Assembly: GCA_965200965.1 (NCBI GenBank)
Contig: OZ241744.1
Coordinates: 1,312,001 to 1,376,000, forward strand
DNA from: an uncultured Candidatus Binatia bacterium
Lineage (GTDB): Bacteria > Desulfobacterota > Binatia > Bin18
Direction: 5' to 3'
DNA length: 64,000 nt
The notes beneath the pieces are model-generated. The model was not told the DNA's origin and ran no database searches. It saw nothing but the letters and a program-made list of their open reading frames with translations. Positions 28,440 to 38,117 of the stretch are shown here, in pieces. Position 1 is the first letter of the stretch. Every line of letters starts with the position of its first letter. Position numbers and translations under genes: made by a program.

Positions 28440-28850
28440 ATGCCTGCGCCATTCTCCGGCGGTTGTTTGTGTGGCAGCGTCCGTTATGCGTGTTCGATGG
28501 AACCCTTGGCCACGCTGAAATGTCACTGTCGTGATTGTCAGCGAAACAGCGGAAGCGGCTTTGCCATTGTGTTGGCGGTCCAACGCGCCTCGCTCACGTT
28601 CCAGCGTGGCCGGCCCAAGCGGCACCCGACGCGCGCCGACAGCGGGAACACCGTGTGGAGCGAGTTCTGCCCCACCTGCGGCTGCCAGTTGTTCGCCGGC
28701 AGTTCGGCCAATCCAGACTTTTATGGCATCAAGGTGAGCAGTTTGGATGACTCCGGCTGGGTCACACCGACGGGCGATATTTGGACGGACAGTACTCAGC
28801 CGTGGGATTATCTGGACCCGGCGCTGCCAAAAGCTCCACAGAATCTGTAG
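28440..28850 (+). CDS. GFA/CENP-V family zinc protein
   Basis: GGCLCGSVRY, CHCRDCQR, FCPTCG. Confidence 0.92.
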   Translation: MPAPFSGGCLCGSVRYACSMEPLATLKCHCRDCQRNSGSGFAIVLAVQRASLTFQRGRPKRHPTRADSGNTVWSEFCPTCGCQLFAGSSANPDFYGIKVSSLDDSGWVTPTGDIWTDSTQPWDYLDPALPKAPQNL

Positions 28851-28867
28851 TGGGTCAGTCTCCGCGG

Positions 28868-29584
28868 TCAGTCTTCCTGGCCGTGGGTCACGCCGGCGGC
28901 CTGCAAAGCGTGTAAGCGTTGGCCAACCTCCTCGGCATTGGGAGCGTAGGGGGCAAGTTCCAGGAAGGTCTGGTAGGCCGCGATAGCGTCTTGGCGCTGA
29001 CCCTGGCCGGCCAGCGCCTCGCCCAGATTGGCATAGGCGGGAGGATAGTCCGGGTCCAGGCGAACCGCCACCCGCCAAGCCGCGATTGCCCCGTCAACAT
29101 CGCCTTTTTGCGCCAGCAGATAGCCGTAGTTACTGTGCAGAGCAGCGGACTCGGGCACCAGCCGCAGGGCGGCCCTATAGGCCTGCAAGGCACCGTCCAT
29201 CTCTCCCTGTTGGCGCAGGGTATCGCCGAGGTCGGCAAAGGCGTTAGCGTTGTGCGGGTCAAGCTTGGTCGTGGTCAGCAGATGGGTAAGCGACTCTTCT
29301 AACTCGCCCCGGTCGCGGAGGGCCAGGCCAAGCAGATAGTGGGCTTGGCTCAGGTTTGGGTCATGGATCAGCGCCTCGCGCCAGTGGGTCATAGCCCGGT
29401 CAATTTGGCCACTCCGGTACATTTTCTCGGCGACAATAAGCGAGGCTTGGGCCAAGGTCTGCTGACGCTCTTGGGGCGTGAGCCCACGGCCTTGGGCCAA
29501 GGCCGCCGCGCCCGTCACCAGCAGGCCAAGCACCCCGGCTAGGCCAAGCGCGCGCGTGGTTCTCTGAATGTCCAGGACAGCCAT
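28868..29584 (-). CDS. Secreted tetratricopeptide-repeat protein
   Basis: Signal peptide and about 5 TPR units (AHYLLGLAL, AFADLGDTL, AYANLGEAL). Confidence 0.88.
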   Translation of the reverse strand: MAVLDIQRTTRALGLAGVLGLLVTGAAALAQGRGLTPQERQQTLAQASLIVAEKMYRSGQIDRAMTHWREALIHDPNLSQAHYLLGLALRDRGELEESLTHLLTTTKLDPHNANAFADLGDTLRQQGEMDGALQAYRAALRLVPESAALHSNYGYLLAQKGDVDGAIAAWRVAVRLDPDYPPAYANLGEALAGQGQRQDAIAAYQTFLELAPYAPNAEEVGQRLHALQAAGVTHGQED

Positions 29585-29589
29585 TGGCC

Positions 29590-30921
29590 TCAGGCCACTG
29601 CACCGGCTTTTTTGGGATCAATCCAGCCCGCCTCGCGCATCAACTCTTGGACCTGCGCGGTGTCCGCGGCGGTGGGCAGGACCTCTTCCAGGTGGCGGGC
29701 ATATGCCTCTTGACCCAGCAGATCTCCGTGGACACTGTACGGCTGGCCGGCGGAATCGCCAATCTGACGACCAAAGGTCATAGCAGGAATATACAGCTTG
29801 GGCTGATCCTCGTCCACCAGCAGGTTGAGGGTTGTCAACCAGACCGAGACATTCCTGATAGAACAGGCGGCGCGCACACTCGTTGAGTCGCTCCATGTCC
29901 GCCGGCTCAGCCGACATGTTCTCATCAAAGCGGCCTTTGACCCCCCAGACATACGCCCAGTGGGCCGACGAGGAGTGATCGGTGCCAACAGGTCATAGGC
30001 CACCGGCAGCCATTTATTAAAATACTTCTGGATGAGGGGGACGGGGATTTTTTGGGCGCGCAGGAGGCGCTTGAGGCCGGTGTGGCCGGTACCGAGGTGG
30101 AACTGTTCTTCTTTGAGCATCAGCCCGATGCTGCGGGCAAACGGAGCAAAGGCCGAAAAACTCTCCATTTTGAACTGATACTTGCCGTCCCGGTCAAGAA
30201 ACTCGGTAAAGGCGTACATATCCAGCCAGTTGCGGATGGCCTCATTAAATGCCCCCAGCAGGCGTGTTTTTTTGAAGGCCCGCCGCTCCAGTAGCTTCTG
30301 CGCCTCGAGCTTGCCGCTGGTGCCAAAATACCTCACCAGCAAATAGGCCATCTGCCAAGCGTGGCACGTCTCTTCGCAGATAATGCGGGCTGGGCTGCGG
30401 CGGTCAAAGTCGGACGGCGCGGTATCGAACAGCGCACGCTGTTGCTCGGTTGATGCAAACTCGGTGTCGCCCTGCACCCGAATCAGGTTGAGCAGCGCAT
30501 CCCGAATCCGTTGGTCGGGCACCTCCAGGAGATTTTCCCATCTTTTGTGGCCGGCGTAGGCCCCAAACTCGATCTCGGACTGATCCAGCCGGCCAAACTT
30601 GATCTCCCCCTGATAATCGCCCAATTCCCCGACATCCAGCCCAATATCTTTTTGCCAGCTTTTGAACAGGTCCATCCAGTAGTTGTACTTGAACTGGGGC
30701 GACACCCGGTTGAGCATCTCAACATCGGCCCCTGCCGAAAAAAACATATCGCCCACCCCGCGCAGCACCAGGACGGACACCTCAGCGTCAAACCGGGCGC
30801 ACAGAATCGCCCGGTCCAACTCAGTCATCATCTCGTAGGAATAGGTATTGGCCGGCGGATTATCACATTCAAGAAGCGCAATGCCGTGCTGGGTGGAATA
30901 GCGGACCAGGGGCTGCTCCAT
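29590..30921 (-). pseudogene. Chimeric remnant: enoyl-CoA hydratase N-terminus fused to a BoxB/PaaA-like diiron aryl-CoA epoxidase, with two compensating frameshifts
   Basis: First ~79 aa crotonase (FFSAGAD), then QGDTEFAS.EQ, EETCH, DRDGKYQ, EEQFH diiron motifs; 1-nt deletion near 29988 and 1-nt insertion near 29830. Confidence 0.75.
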
Positions 30922-31001
30922 GCCTGTCTCCTTCTGTCACAGCGGGCCGTAAGGTCACTCACAGGAGCGTCTGAGTCTGGCAAAAAACTTTTTCTCATGC
31001 C

Positions 31002-31029
31002 TTGACCCCGGTCTGACGGGGCTTACATT
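31002..31029 (+). promoter_or_regulatory. Candidate promoter of the hsp20 pair
   Basis: TTGACC-N16-TACATT about 60 nt upstream of ATG 31091, overlapped by a CCCCG/CGGGG inverted repeat. Confidence 0.35.
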
Positions 31030-31090
31030 TGGCCCAGACAGCGAGGACCGGTCCCCCGCGGAGATCACAGTCACACGAAAGGAGTTTCTC

Positions 31091-31540
31091 ATGGCACGCT
31101 TCCAATTCTCCCCTGAATTTGACCCTCTGAACGCCCTGCTGCGCCTCCAGCGCGAGTTTGAGCAGGTGTTTGAAAACCCCCGGGGCTTTGACATGAGCCT
31201 GTCGGGACGGGGGGTCTTCCCGCCCGTCAACATCCTGCAAGACGCCGAGGGTACCTATGTCGTCCGCTTTGAGATGCCCGGCGTGGCGCTCCAGGATATC
31301 AGCATCGAAAGCCACGGCCGCACCCTGGTCCTGAGCGGCAAACGGGACGCCTCAACCGACCCTAACGGCGGCTTCCACCGGCGCGAACGCGGTGCGGGCC
31401 AGTTCTCCCGCTCGTTCCAACTCCCGACCGAGCTGGACCTTGACCGGGCCGAGGCTTCCTACAAGCAGGGCCTCTTGACCCTCCGCATCCCCAAACACGC
31501 CGCGGCAAAACCCCGGCAGATCATCATTGAGGCGGCCTAG
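31091..31540 (+). CDS. Hsp20/alpha-crystallin small heat-shock protein
   Basis: FPPVNI, EMPGV, HRRERGAGQFSRSFQLP, ASYKQGLLTLRIPK. Confidence 0.93.
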   Translation: MARFQFSPEFDPLNALLRLQREFEQVFENPRGFDMSLSGRGVFPPVNILQDAEGTYVVRFEMPGVALQDISIESHGRTLVLSGKRDASTDPNGGFHRRERGAGQFSRSFQLPTELDLDRAEASYKQGLLTLRIPKHAAAKPRQIIIEAA

Positions 31541-31585
31541 GCCAAGACGGCCGCCCAGATCGACCACCAGGAGGAGGACAGACTC

Positions 31586-31984
31586 ATGGCAGAACAAGAA
31601 CTGACCACCCAGCAGAAACAAGAGATGCAAGCCGAAGAACAGACCCGACCGGGCCGGACCTACCTGCCACCGGTCGATATTTTCGAGACCGATAACGCCC
31701 TGTGGCTGTGGGCCGACATGCCCGGCGTGCAAGAAGACTCAATCGAGATCAATGTGGACAGAAACATGTTGTCAATTGAGGGCCGGGTTGGCCTGGAAGA
31801 CTACCGGGACTTGGCCCCGGTCTACATCGAGTACCGGGTCGGCAACTACCAGCGCCGTTTCACCCTGTCCAACGCGATTGACACCAACAAAATCCACGCC
31901 CGGCTGACCGACGGTGTCCTGGAACTCGAACTGCCCAAGGCCGAGAACGCCAAACCCCGGCGGATCGCTATCCAGACCGGCTGA
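31586..31984 (+). CDS. Hsp20/alpha-crystallin small heat-shock protein
   Basis: PPVDIFE, ADMPGV, YQRRFTL, DGVLELELPK. Confidence 0.93.
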   Translation: MAEQELTTQQKQEMQAEEQTRPGRTYLPPVDIFETDNALWLWADMPGVQEDSIEINVDRNMLSIEGRVGLEDYRDLAPVYIEYRVGNYQRRFTLSNAIDTNKIHARLTDGVLELELPKAENAKPRRIAIQTG

Positions 31985-32005
31985 CAGCCTCACCGGGCAC
32001 AGGTT

Positions 32006-32037
32006 CAGGGGCAGGGGCCGCATGCTTCCTGCCCCTG
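32006..32037 (+). terminator. Hairpin after the hsp20 pair
   Basis: CAGGGGCAGG-N12-CCTGCCCCTG, a 10-bp stem. Confidence 0.5.
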
Positions 32038-32062
32038 TATGTGATGTGCTACAAGGCCGCCT

Positions 32063-32480
32063 ATGGATACTCTTGCCGGCCCAAACCCAGCCGAACTCCG
32101 CCACGCCCTCCACGAAGCCGCCGACTGGGTTGCCACCTATGTCACCAACCCCTGCAAATGACGGCTTGGCCCGGATCATTGAGGGCCATATCCAGGCCGC
32201 CCAGTGGCTGGCGGCCCAGATCGATGCCACACCGGGCTGGCAACGCTTGGCCCCAGTTCCCTTTTCAACCGTGTGTTTCTGTCATCGCCGGGCTGGAGAA
32301 AGCGACCGTGAAGCCCACAACGCAGCTATCGTAGAGGCCGTCAACGCCAGCGGCAAAGCGTTTGTCTCCCACACCAAGCTGAACGGGCAGTACGCCATCC
32401 GGGTCGCCATCGGCAATCAACACACCCGCCAAGCCCACATTGAACAACTCTGGGTGCTACTACGCCAGGCCGCAGGCTAA
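32063..32480 (+). pseudogene. Group II PLP-dependent (aromatic amino acid) decarboxylase remnant with the core deleted
   Basis: N-terminus MDTLAGPNPAELRHALHEAADWVATY abuts, in another frame, the C-terminal domain (APVPFSTVCF, VNASGKAFVSHTKLNGQYAIRVAIGN). Confidence 0.75.
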
Positions 32481-32528
32481 AGGAATGGGTCGGGCCAATA
32501 CACGATGTTCTTCCACGCAGCAAACGGC

Positions 32529-33335
32529 CTAATGAGGGTGTATTGCCCAACCACGCATTGTGTTGATTGCGTCTATAAAATCCGGCCTTGGATGGTCTCG
32601 GCAGTCAGGCGGCAAAAGCAGGAGGGGCCGCAGGGTGTGTCTGAACCGACCGAGCCCTCCATCGTGACCCGATCTTTGGAATTCATCTGCCATCTGCTCG
32701 TTGAGATGCGTATAATATCTTCCGTCAAAAGTGACCAAGCCCCGGTCAAAGGCGCGATGATGTAAGGTGCAAAGAGAAACACCGTTACTCGTCTCGTCCG
32801 TACTGCCTGGATGCGCGGCAGGGAGAATATGCGCTGCATCGAGAAGTTTCAGTTGAATGCCACACATGGCACAGCGATGACCATAGGCTGTCAGAACGCG
32901 ATCCCGGAAATTCATGTCGCGCAAGACTCGCCTCGTAGACACAAGGGCGTACTGACGCTCCGTCGGAACTTGGCGAGTAATTTCGTCATCTTCGACGTTG
33001 GCCGGATTTTCTCCAATCTTATTGAGCAAACAAGTTTCCCGTGGGAAAACTCCACAGCCATGCAGGTTTTCCAGATTCTCGATGTAAGTGCCGATGAAGT
33101 TGGGCCGAAACGCTATGGCTATCTCTCCATTCCCTTTGGCGTGAGTGGCGAAGCCACTGACATGTGCGGCTCGTAGCGTTTCTTCGTCAATCTGCATAGA
33201 GGGCGACGCGCCCAGAGAGCCGCTGTGCCGGGCGTAGTCAAATCCCACAAACACCCCTGCTTTGTCCCACCAGCCAAGGATGAGCGTTTTGCCTCCCATT
33301 TCCGGGATAAACTTGTTAAGACCCGCAGGGCCGAC
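32529..33335 (-). pseudogene. HNH endonuclease, 5'-truncated
   Basis: FRDRVLTAYGHRCAMCG...DAAHI...NGVSLCTLHHRAFDRG; the reading frame has no independent start and runs up into the MTase sequence. Confidence 0.75.
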
Positions 33336-33339
33336 AGCT

Positions 33340-33955
33340 GCGGGATAGCGGCCCCATTGTCGGTACCAAATTTCTCGCTGATGTCGTGGCCGGAGGGGCG
33401 CTTTTTGGCTCGGTAGCCGTTTTTGAGCAGGATTTTCATGGCCGGGCTGTAGGGTTGTAACACCCTTTTGTTGCTGGCTTTTGGCCAGGGAGTTTTGGAC
33501 AGCCACCATACCGTATTGATCGCGTCTTTCACGCGCACCCGGCGGACCGTAACCCACTCGGCAGGCGTTGGTAGACGTGAGGGATTCCACCAGTAAAAGT
33601 CTTGGGCGAGATGAAAGTCCAATTCCTCGCAGAGCATGATGAGCAGTTTGAAATGGTAGAGGCTGCGGGTCGGCTGGCCTTTGCTCCACGCGCCGCCAAT
33701 GTCGATGACCAGGCTGCCGCTGTCTTTGAGAACACGGTGAAATGCGGCACCGAAAGCCCTAAACCAGTCAAGGTAATCTTCGGCGGCGACATTGCCGTAA
33801 TCCTTTTGACGGACAAGCCCAAAGGGCGGACTGGTCATGATGAGGTCAACCGTGTCCGATTCGCGCTGGGAAAGAACGTCCAGGCAATCGCCACAGATTA
33901 TCGCACCGTGACTGGTCTGAAGCAGAGTCTCATAATCGTGGAGATTCTTTTCCAT
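33340..33955 (-). pseudogene. M.PvuII-like beta-class DNA methyltransferase, 3'-truncated
   Basis: TSPPF motif IV, IDIGGAW, WNPSRLPTPAEWV, RVKDAINTVWWLSK, RPSGHDIS; the SAM-binding FxGxG half is missing. Confidence 0.85.
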
Positions 33956-34030
33956 CAGCCTCTCTAGCGCTTATTTCGGTTGGCACTTCTCCGTTCGGTG
34001 GTCAATTTTCAGGTATTGAGGGTCTTTGGC

Positions 34031-36748
34031 CTACATCTCTTGGGCGCGGATGTGGCGCTGATATATCTTGGGCAGCTGAGACGGCAGCGACAGCACATCT
34101 TCAATGACCATATAGCGCGACGGCGCACACATCTCCCGCAGATAGTCATGGCCAGCCTTATCAACCGTGATGCAGAACGACAGGATGCCGCTCCGTTCTG
34201 CCTCGCGCAGAGCCATCATCGTGTCTCGAATGCCATATGTCGGCGCGTGGGGTTCACGGCCATAGTCGGCATCTTCAGGGTAGCCGTCGCTCAGCAGGAT
34301 GAGCACTTTGCCGCGGCTCGACAGGTCTTTCAGCTTGCGCGCGGCGTGCCGGACGGCCGCGCCCATCCGGGTACTGCGCTGGGGAGCCAGGGCGCTGATG
34401 CGGCCTTTGACATCTGATGACAGGGATTCGACAAAGGTCTTGACCGGGTAGATGTCAACATTCTTGCGGCCACTGCTCGAGAAGCCGTAAATCGCATAGG
34501 TATCGCCAATCTCTTCCAGGGCCGAGGACAACAGCACGACCGACTCTTTGAGGATATCAATGATCCGCATCTCCTCGGGTTCGCCCTCGGCGGTGGCGAC
34601 CGCTATCCGGGCGTCGGTCGAGGCGCTCAGATCTAACAAGAACAGGGCCGAGACATCCCGGTCGGTGGGTTGACGGGCGGCATAGATTTTGGGGGAAGGC
34701 GGCACGCCGGTAATCATATCAACCCGTGCGCCAACCGCGGCCTCCAGATCAATCTCTTCCCCGTCTTCCAGGCCCTTGACCTTGTGGTACAGCTTTGGCC
34801 GCAGGCGCTGAAACTCGCGCTTGATCTCCTTCATCACATCGCCGTAGGCGGTCATGGTGCTGCTAAAAAAGGCACCTGCATCGCCAACGAGGGACACTTC
34901 GCGTACATCGCACCAGTGCGAGCGGTAGTCGTCAATCAGAAAATCCCATTCATCATATACATACCGCACCCCGGCTGAGGTGAGCCGCTGGCGGTTCCTG
35001 GCCTTTTTCTGTCTGGGCTGGAACTCTTCTTCGGTGCCTTCTTCGTTCGGGTCGCCAAACAGCCTGAAGGTTTTACCGTTTTCGGGGCGCGGCTCGGGTC
35101 GGCGGTGTTCCTTGTGGTGTTTGCCGAGCCGGGCGATGATCTTGCACAACATGGTTTGTTCTTCGGCCGACAGGCTCTCAGCGCTGCGCGGCCCCTGGTT
35201 CAATTCATCCTCCATAGGTACAAAGCGGGCCGACTCGTCTTCCACCAGTTCGGTCAAGTGCTTTCTTTGTGACTGAGGTGGCTCTGCGGCCTGCGGCCGG
35301 GCAGCGCTGTCCATCACATGCGCGTACAACTCGGTGGCCAGCAGCAGCGAGTCGGCGGCCGAGCCATCCTTGGTCAGGTCGGGCCACAGGGCCTTGGGCA
35401 GCCGCGGCAGGAGCATGGACAGGGCCGCGGGGTAGAGTTGGGGCTGTTCGTCGGCCCAGGCCAAGTCCTCTCGCAAGCCCCGGTACGCGGCGGTGAGATG
35501 GGCCGCTACCCGCCTGCTCTCAATATACCCAAACAGCGCCTCAAGCTGTCCGGGCTGCGGAAAAAGCTGGAAAAAGTCGAACAGCTTGTCCGGCGGCTCG
35601 GCCCCCGAGGCTACCAGCAAGTGGACGTAGGGTGGCAAGAACGGCCACAACTCGGCGATATCAATCGCATACGTCCCACACGCCACCCGGCCGGCCTGTT
35701 GGGCGGCCATGACCCGCAGCAGACGAAAGTTTTCTTCATACGTTGGAAAGGCCTCAACCCACATCGGCAGAGGCAACATATCCTCGTCCTCTAAACCGAG
35801 GGGCGGCGGAAAGCTCAGCGTCTCGGTTTCGGTCAGGCTATAGGCCGCGCCGCCCAGCATGTGCAGATATTTCAGCAGCACGCCGTGTACATCGCTCAGC
35901 ATGACGGCCGGCACCGTCCCGCGTAGCATCAGCATGCTGGTCCGGGATTCCAGGGCAAAATACGCCTCCGCGGCTTCGGGCCGACGGCGGGCCAACTCTT
36001 CGCCGGCCGTAATCCAGCCCAGCACCCCCTGCTCACCCACCTCGTCGTAGGCTTGGCCCAACACCCGGAACAGCCGGGCGACGCCGGTTGGAACACATTG
36101 GGCCAGCTGACCGACCCGTTCCAACAGAGCGCGACAGGTCTCGAGCGGGAGGGAACGCAGGGTCGAGCTAAACAGAGTCACCGACCCCGGCAAGGGTTCG
36201 GGGTCAAAGCTCACCCCGGCCTGGATGCAGCGCAAATAGGTCGCCCGCAGCGCGGCCGGAATCAGCCCGCACGCGCGCGGCAGGGTCCGGTACAGCGCGA
36301 CTGCGGCCGCGGGTGAGTGGTAGACCGCGTTGCGAACGAGCCGGTAACAGCTCAGCCGCTCAGACTGCTCCAGCTCGGTCAAGCCGTCCGGCAGGCTGGT
36401 AAACACCTGCGACGGGCCAACCCCGCCAATATCGAACGCCAGGCGGGACCACTCGTTCAGGTCCCCCTGACTCAGCCCGGCCAAGACCTGTGGAGTGGAC
36501 CGAAAAAAGGCCGCAGCCAGATGTCCGTTCTTGCCCCGGTCGGCGGTCAAGCCCCGACGGCCGTATTCCACCCAGCTCTGGAGATGACCGTGGAGCCAGC
36601 GCTCAAGCGTTGCCGACTCTACCTGTCCCAGCGCGTCCAGCAGCGCTGTCTGCCAGACCCCGGGCAGGTCGGCAAGGACGGCGCTCAGCTCTTGCTGGGC
36701 GGTCTCGCTCAAGCGGCTCTGATCAAGGCCAGCAGTATCTGATGTCAT
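34031..36748 (-). CDS. NorD/CbbO-like VWA-domain protein (MoxR AAA+ partner type)
   Basis: YDEWDF, DGEEIDL, MIDAS DLSAS...STRMG...LSDGYP at the C-terminus; long helical N-terminal region. Confidence 0.88.
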   Translation of the reverse strand: MTSDTAGLDQSRLSETAQQELSAVLADLPGVWQTALLDALGQVESATLERWLHGHLQSWVEYGRRGLTADRGKNGHLAAAFFRSTPQVLAGLSQGDLNEWSRLAFDIGGVGPSQVFTSLPDGLTELEQSERLSCYRLVRNAVYHSPAAAVALYRTLPRACGLIPAALRATYLRCIQAGVSFDPEPLPGSVTLFSSTLRSLPLETCRALLERVGQLAQCVPTGVARLFRVLGQAYDEVGEQGVLGWITAGEELARRRPEAAEAYFALESRTSMLMLRGTVPAVMLSDVHGVLLKYLHMLGGAAYSLTETETLSFPPPLGLEDEDMLPLPMWVEAFPTYEENFRLLRVMAAQQAGRVACGTYAIDIAELWPFLPPYVHLLVASGAEPPDKLFDFFQLFPQPGQLEALFGYIESRRVAAHLTAAYRGLREDLAWADEQPQLYPAALSMLLPRLPKALWPDLTKDGSAADSLLLATELYAHVMDSAARPQAAEPPQSQRKHLTELVEDESARFVPMEDELNQGPRSAESLSAEEQTMLCKIIARLGKHHKEHRRPEPRPENGKTFRLFGDPNEEGTEEEFQPRQKKARNRQRLTSAGVRYVYDEWDFLIDDYRSHWCDVREVSLVGDAGAFFSSTMTAYGDVMKEIKREFQRLRPKLYHKVKGLEDGEEIDLEAAVGARVDMITGVPPSPKIYAARQPTDRDVSALFLLDLSASTDARIAVATAEGEPEEMRIIDILKESVVLLSSALEEIGDTYAIYGFSSSGRKNVDIYPVKTFVESLSSDVKGRISALAPQRSTRMGAAVRHAARKLKDLSSRGKVLILLSDGYPEDADYGREPHAPTYGIRDTMMALREAERSGILSFCITVDKAGHDYLREMCAPSRYMVIEDVLSLPSQLPKIYQRHIRAQEM

Positions 36749-36865
36749 GTGCCCCGTATCCGTCGGTGAGAGTATGCCTGTGGGTGTACAAGAACTCTGA
36801 TAAGAGGGCAAGGGAGAGTCGGGGCGTGCCTCACCGCGCAAGGCGTCGTCCGCTTCCAGCCCGGT

Positions 36866-38110
36866 CTACAAGCACCGCGACCAAATAGAGCGCTGGTAAA
36901 TTTTGGGCAGCTCGGTGGGCAGGGACAGGATGTCGTCAATGACCATACAGCGTGACGGTGCGCACATTTCTTGCAGATAGTCATGCCCGCCCTGATCAGC
37001 CGTGAGGCAGTAGGACAGAATGCCGCTCCGCTCGGCTTCCCGAAAAGCCCATCAGCGTATCGCACAGCGCGTACAGCGACGGGACAACCGGCTTGCCATA
37101 GCCCGGATCTTCCGGGTAGCCATCGCTCAACAGTACCAGCAGCTTGGCACGGCTGGCCAGGGCTTTCAGTGCGCCAACATCGCGCTTGAGCTGCTGTCTG
37201 GCCAAGTACAGCTTTGACGAGGATGTGTCCCAGGCAGCGGGCAACTCGGGCGGCGACCGCGGCGTTCAGACCAACATCTTCCCTGTCTTCCAGACCCGTG
37301 ACCGGCCGGAACATTTTGGGCCGCAGACGCTGAAACTGGCGTTTGATGTCCGGGCTGAGCGCGGCCTGGGTGGCCAGCATGCACGAAAAAAATGCACCGT
37401 TGTCGCCTGCCACACCGACCTCGCGCAGCTCACACCAGTAGGCACGATAATCCTCAATCTCATAGTCCCACTCGTCGTACACATAGTGGGGAGCACACGC
37501 CGTCCGTCCCCGCCGCCGGGCAGCCTGTTCGGCTTCGGACTCCCCGGCCCCTCCCCGACTCAGGTTCACCCCGGTCATGAAGGCCGCGGTTTGCTCGGGC
37601 ACCTGGTCAACATCTCTCTCGCAGAGCGATGCAGAGCCACCGGCCGGCGGCTGCTCGTCCTGTAAAAACTGGGCGTACAGGCGAGACGCCCAGACCAGGC
37701 AGTCCGAGGCCGTGCCGGTCTGTTCAAGCTCGTCCAACTCGTCGGCCGGAATGTGGGACAACAGGGCCGCGGGCGCGGCCGGCTGGAGTTCGGAGGGAAC
37801 AGGACCGGCACGCCGGCAGGAAAAACCCTGGCCAGCCGGGCAATCCGCTCAACAATGGGCAGGCGACTCGGTTCCGCCAGGCGGCCCAGCGTTGGTCCAA
37901 TCAAGGCCGACGACCGCCGGCAGCGGCCTGGGATCAGCCGCGGCCCGGACAGGGGCCTGGAGTTCGGTCGCCAAGGACTAGCGGCGGCAAGAGTTCGGCC
38001 AGGACAGCGCGCTGTGGGGCCGGGATGCGGGCCAGAATCGCGGACAGCCGGGCAGGCTCAGACGCCTCCATCGGATTATTCTCCCTCTGCCCGGCCCGCT
38101 CTCAACACGT
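36866..38110 (-). pseudogene. Degraded tandem paralog of the NorD/CbbO-like VWA gene
   Basis: Fragments in different frames: ERIARLARVFPAGVPVLF, YVYDEWDYEIEDYRAYW, LLSDGYPED, MVIDDILSLPTELPKIYQR; several deletions. 5' limit approximate. Confidence 0.8.
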
Positions 38111-38117
38111 CCCATCC

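Noticed and set aside
30957-30976. ACTCA-N10-TGAGT upstream of hsp20 as a HAIR or CIRCE operator
   Set aside because: Arm order and spacing match neither HAIR (CTTGAGT-N7-ACTCAAG) nor CIRCE.
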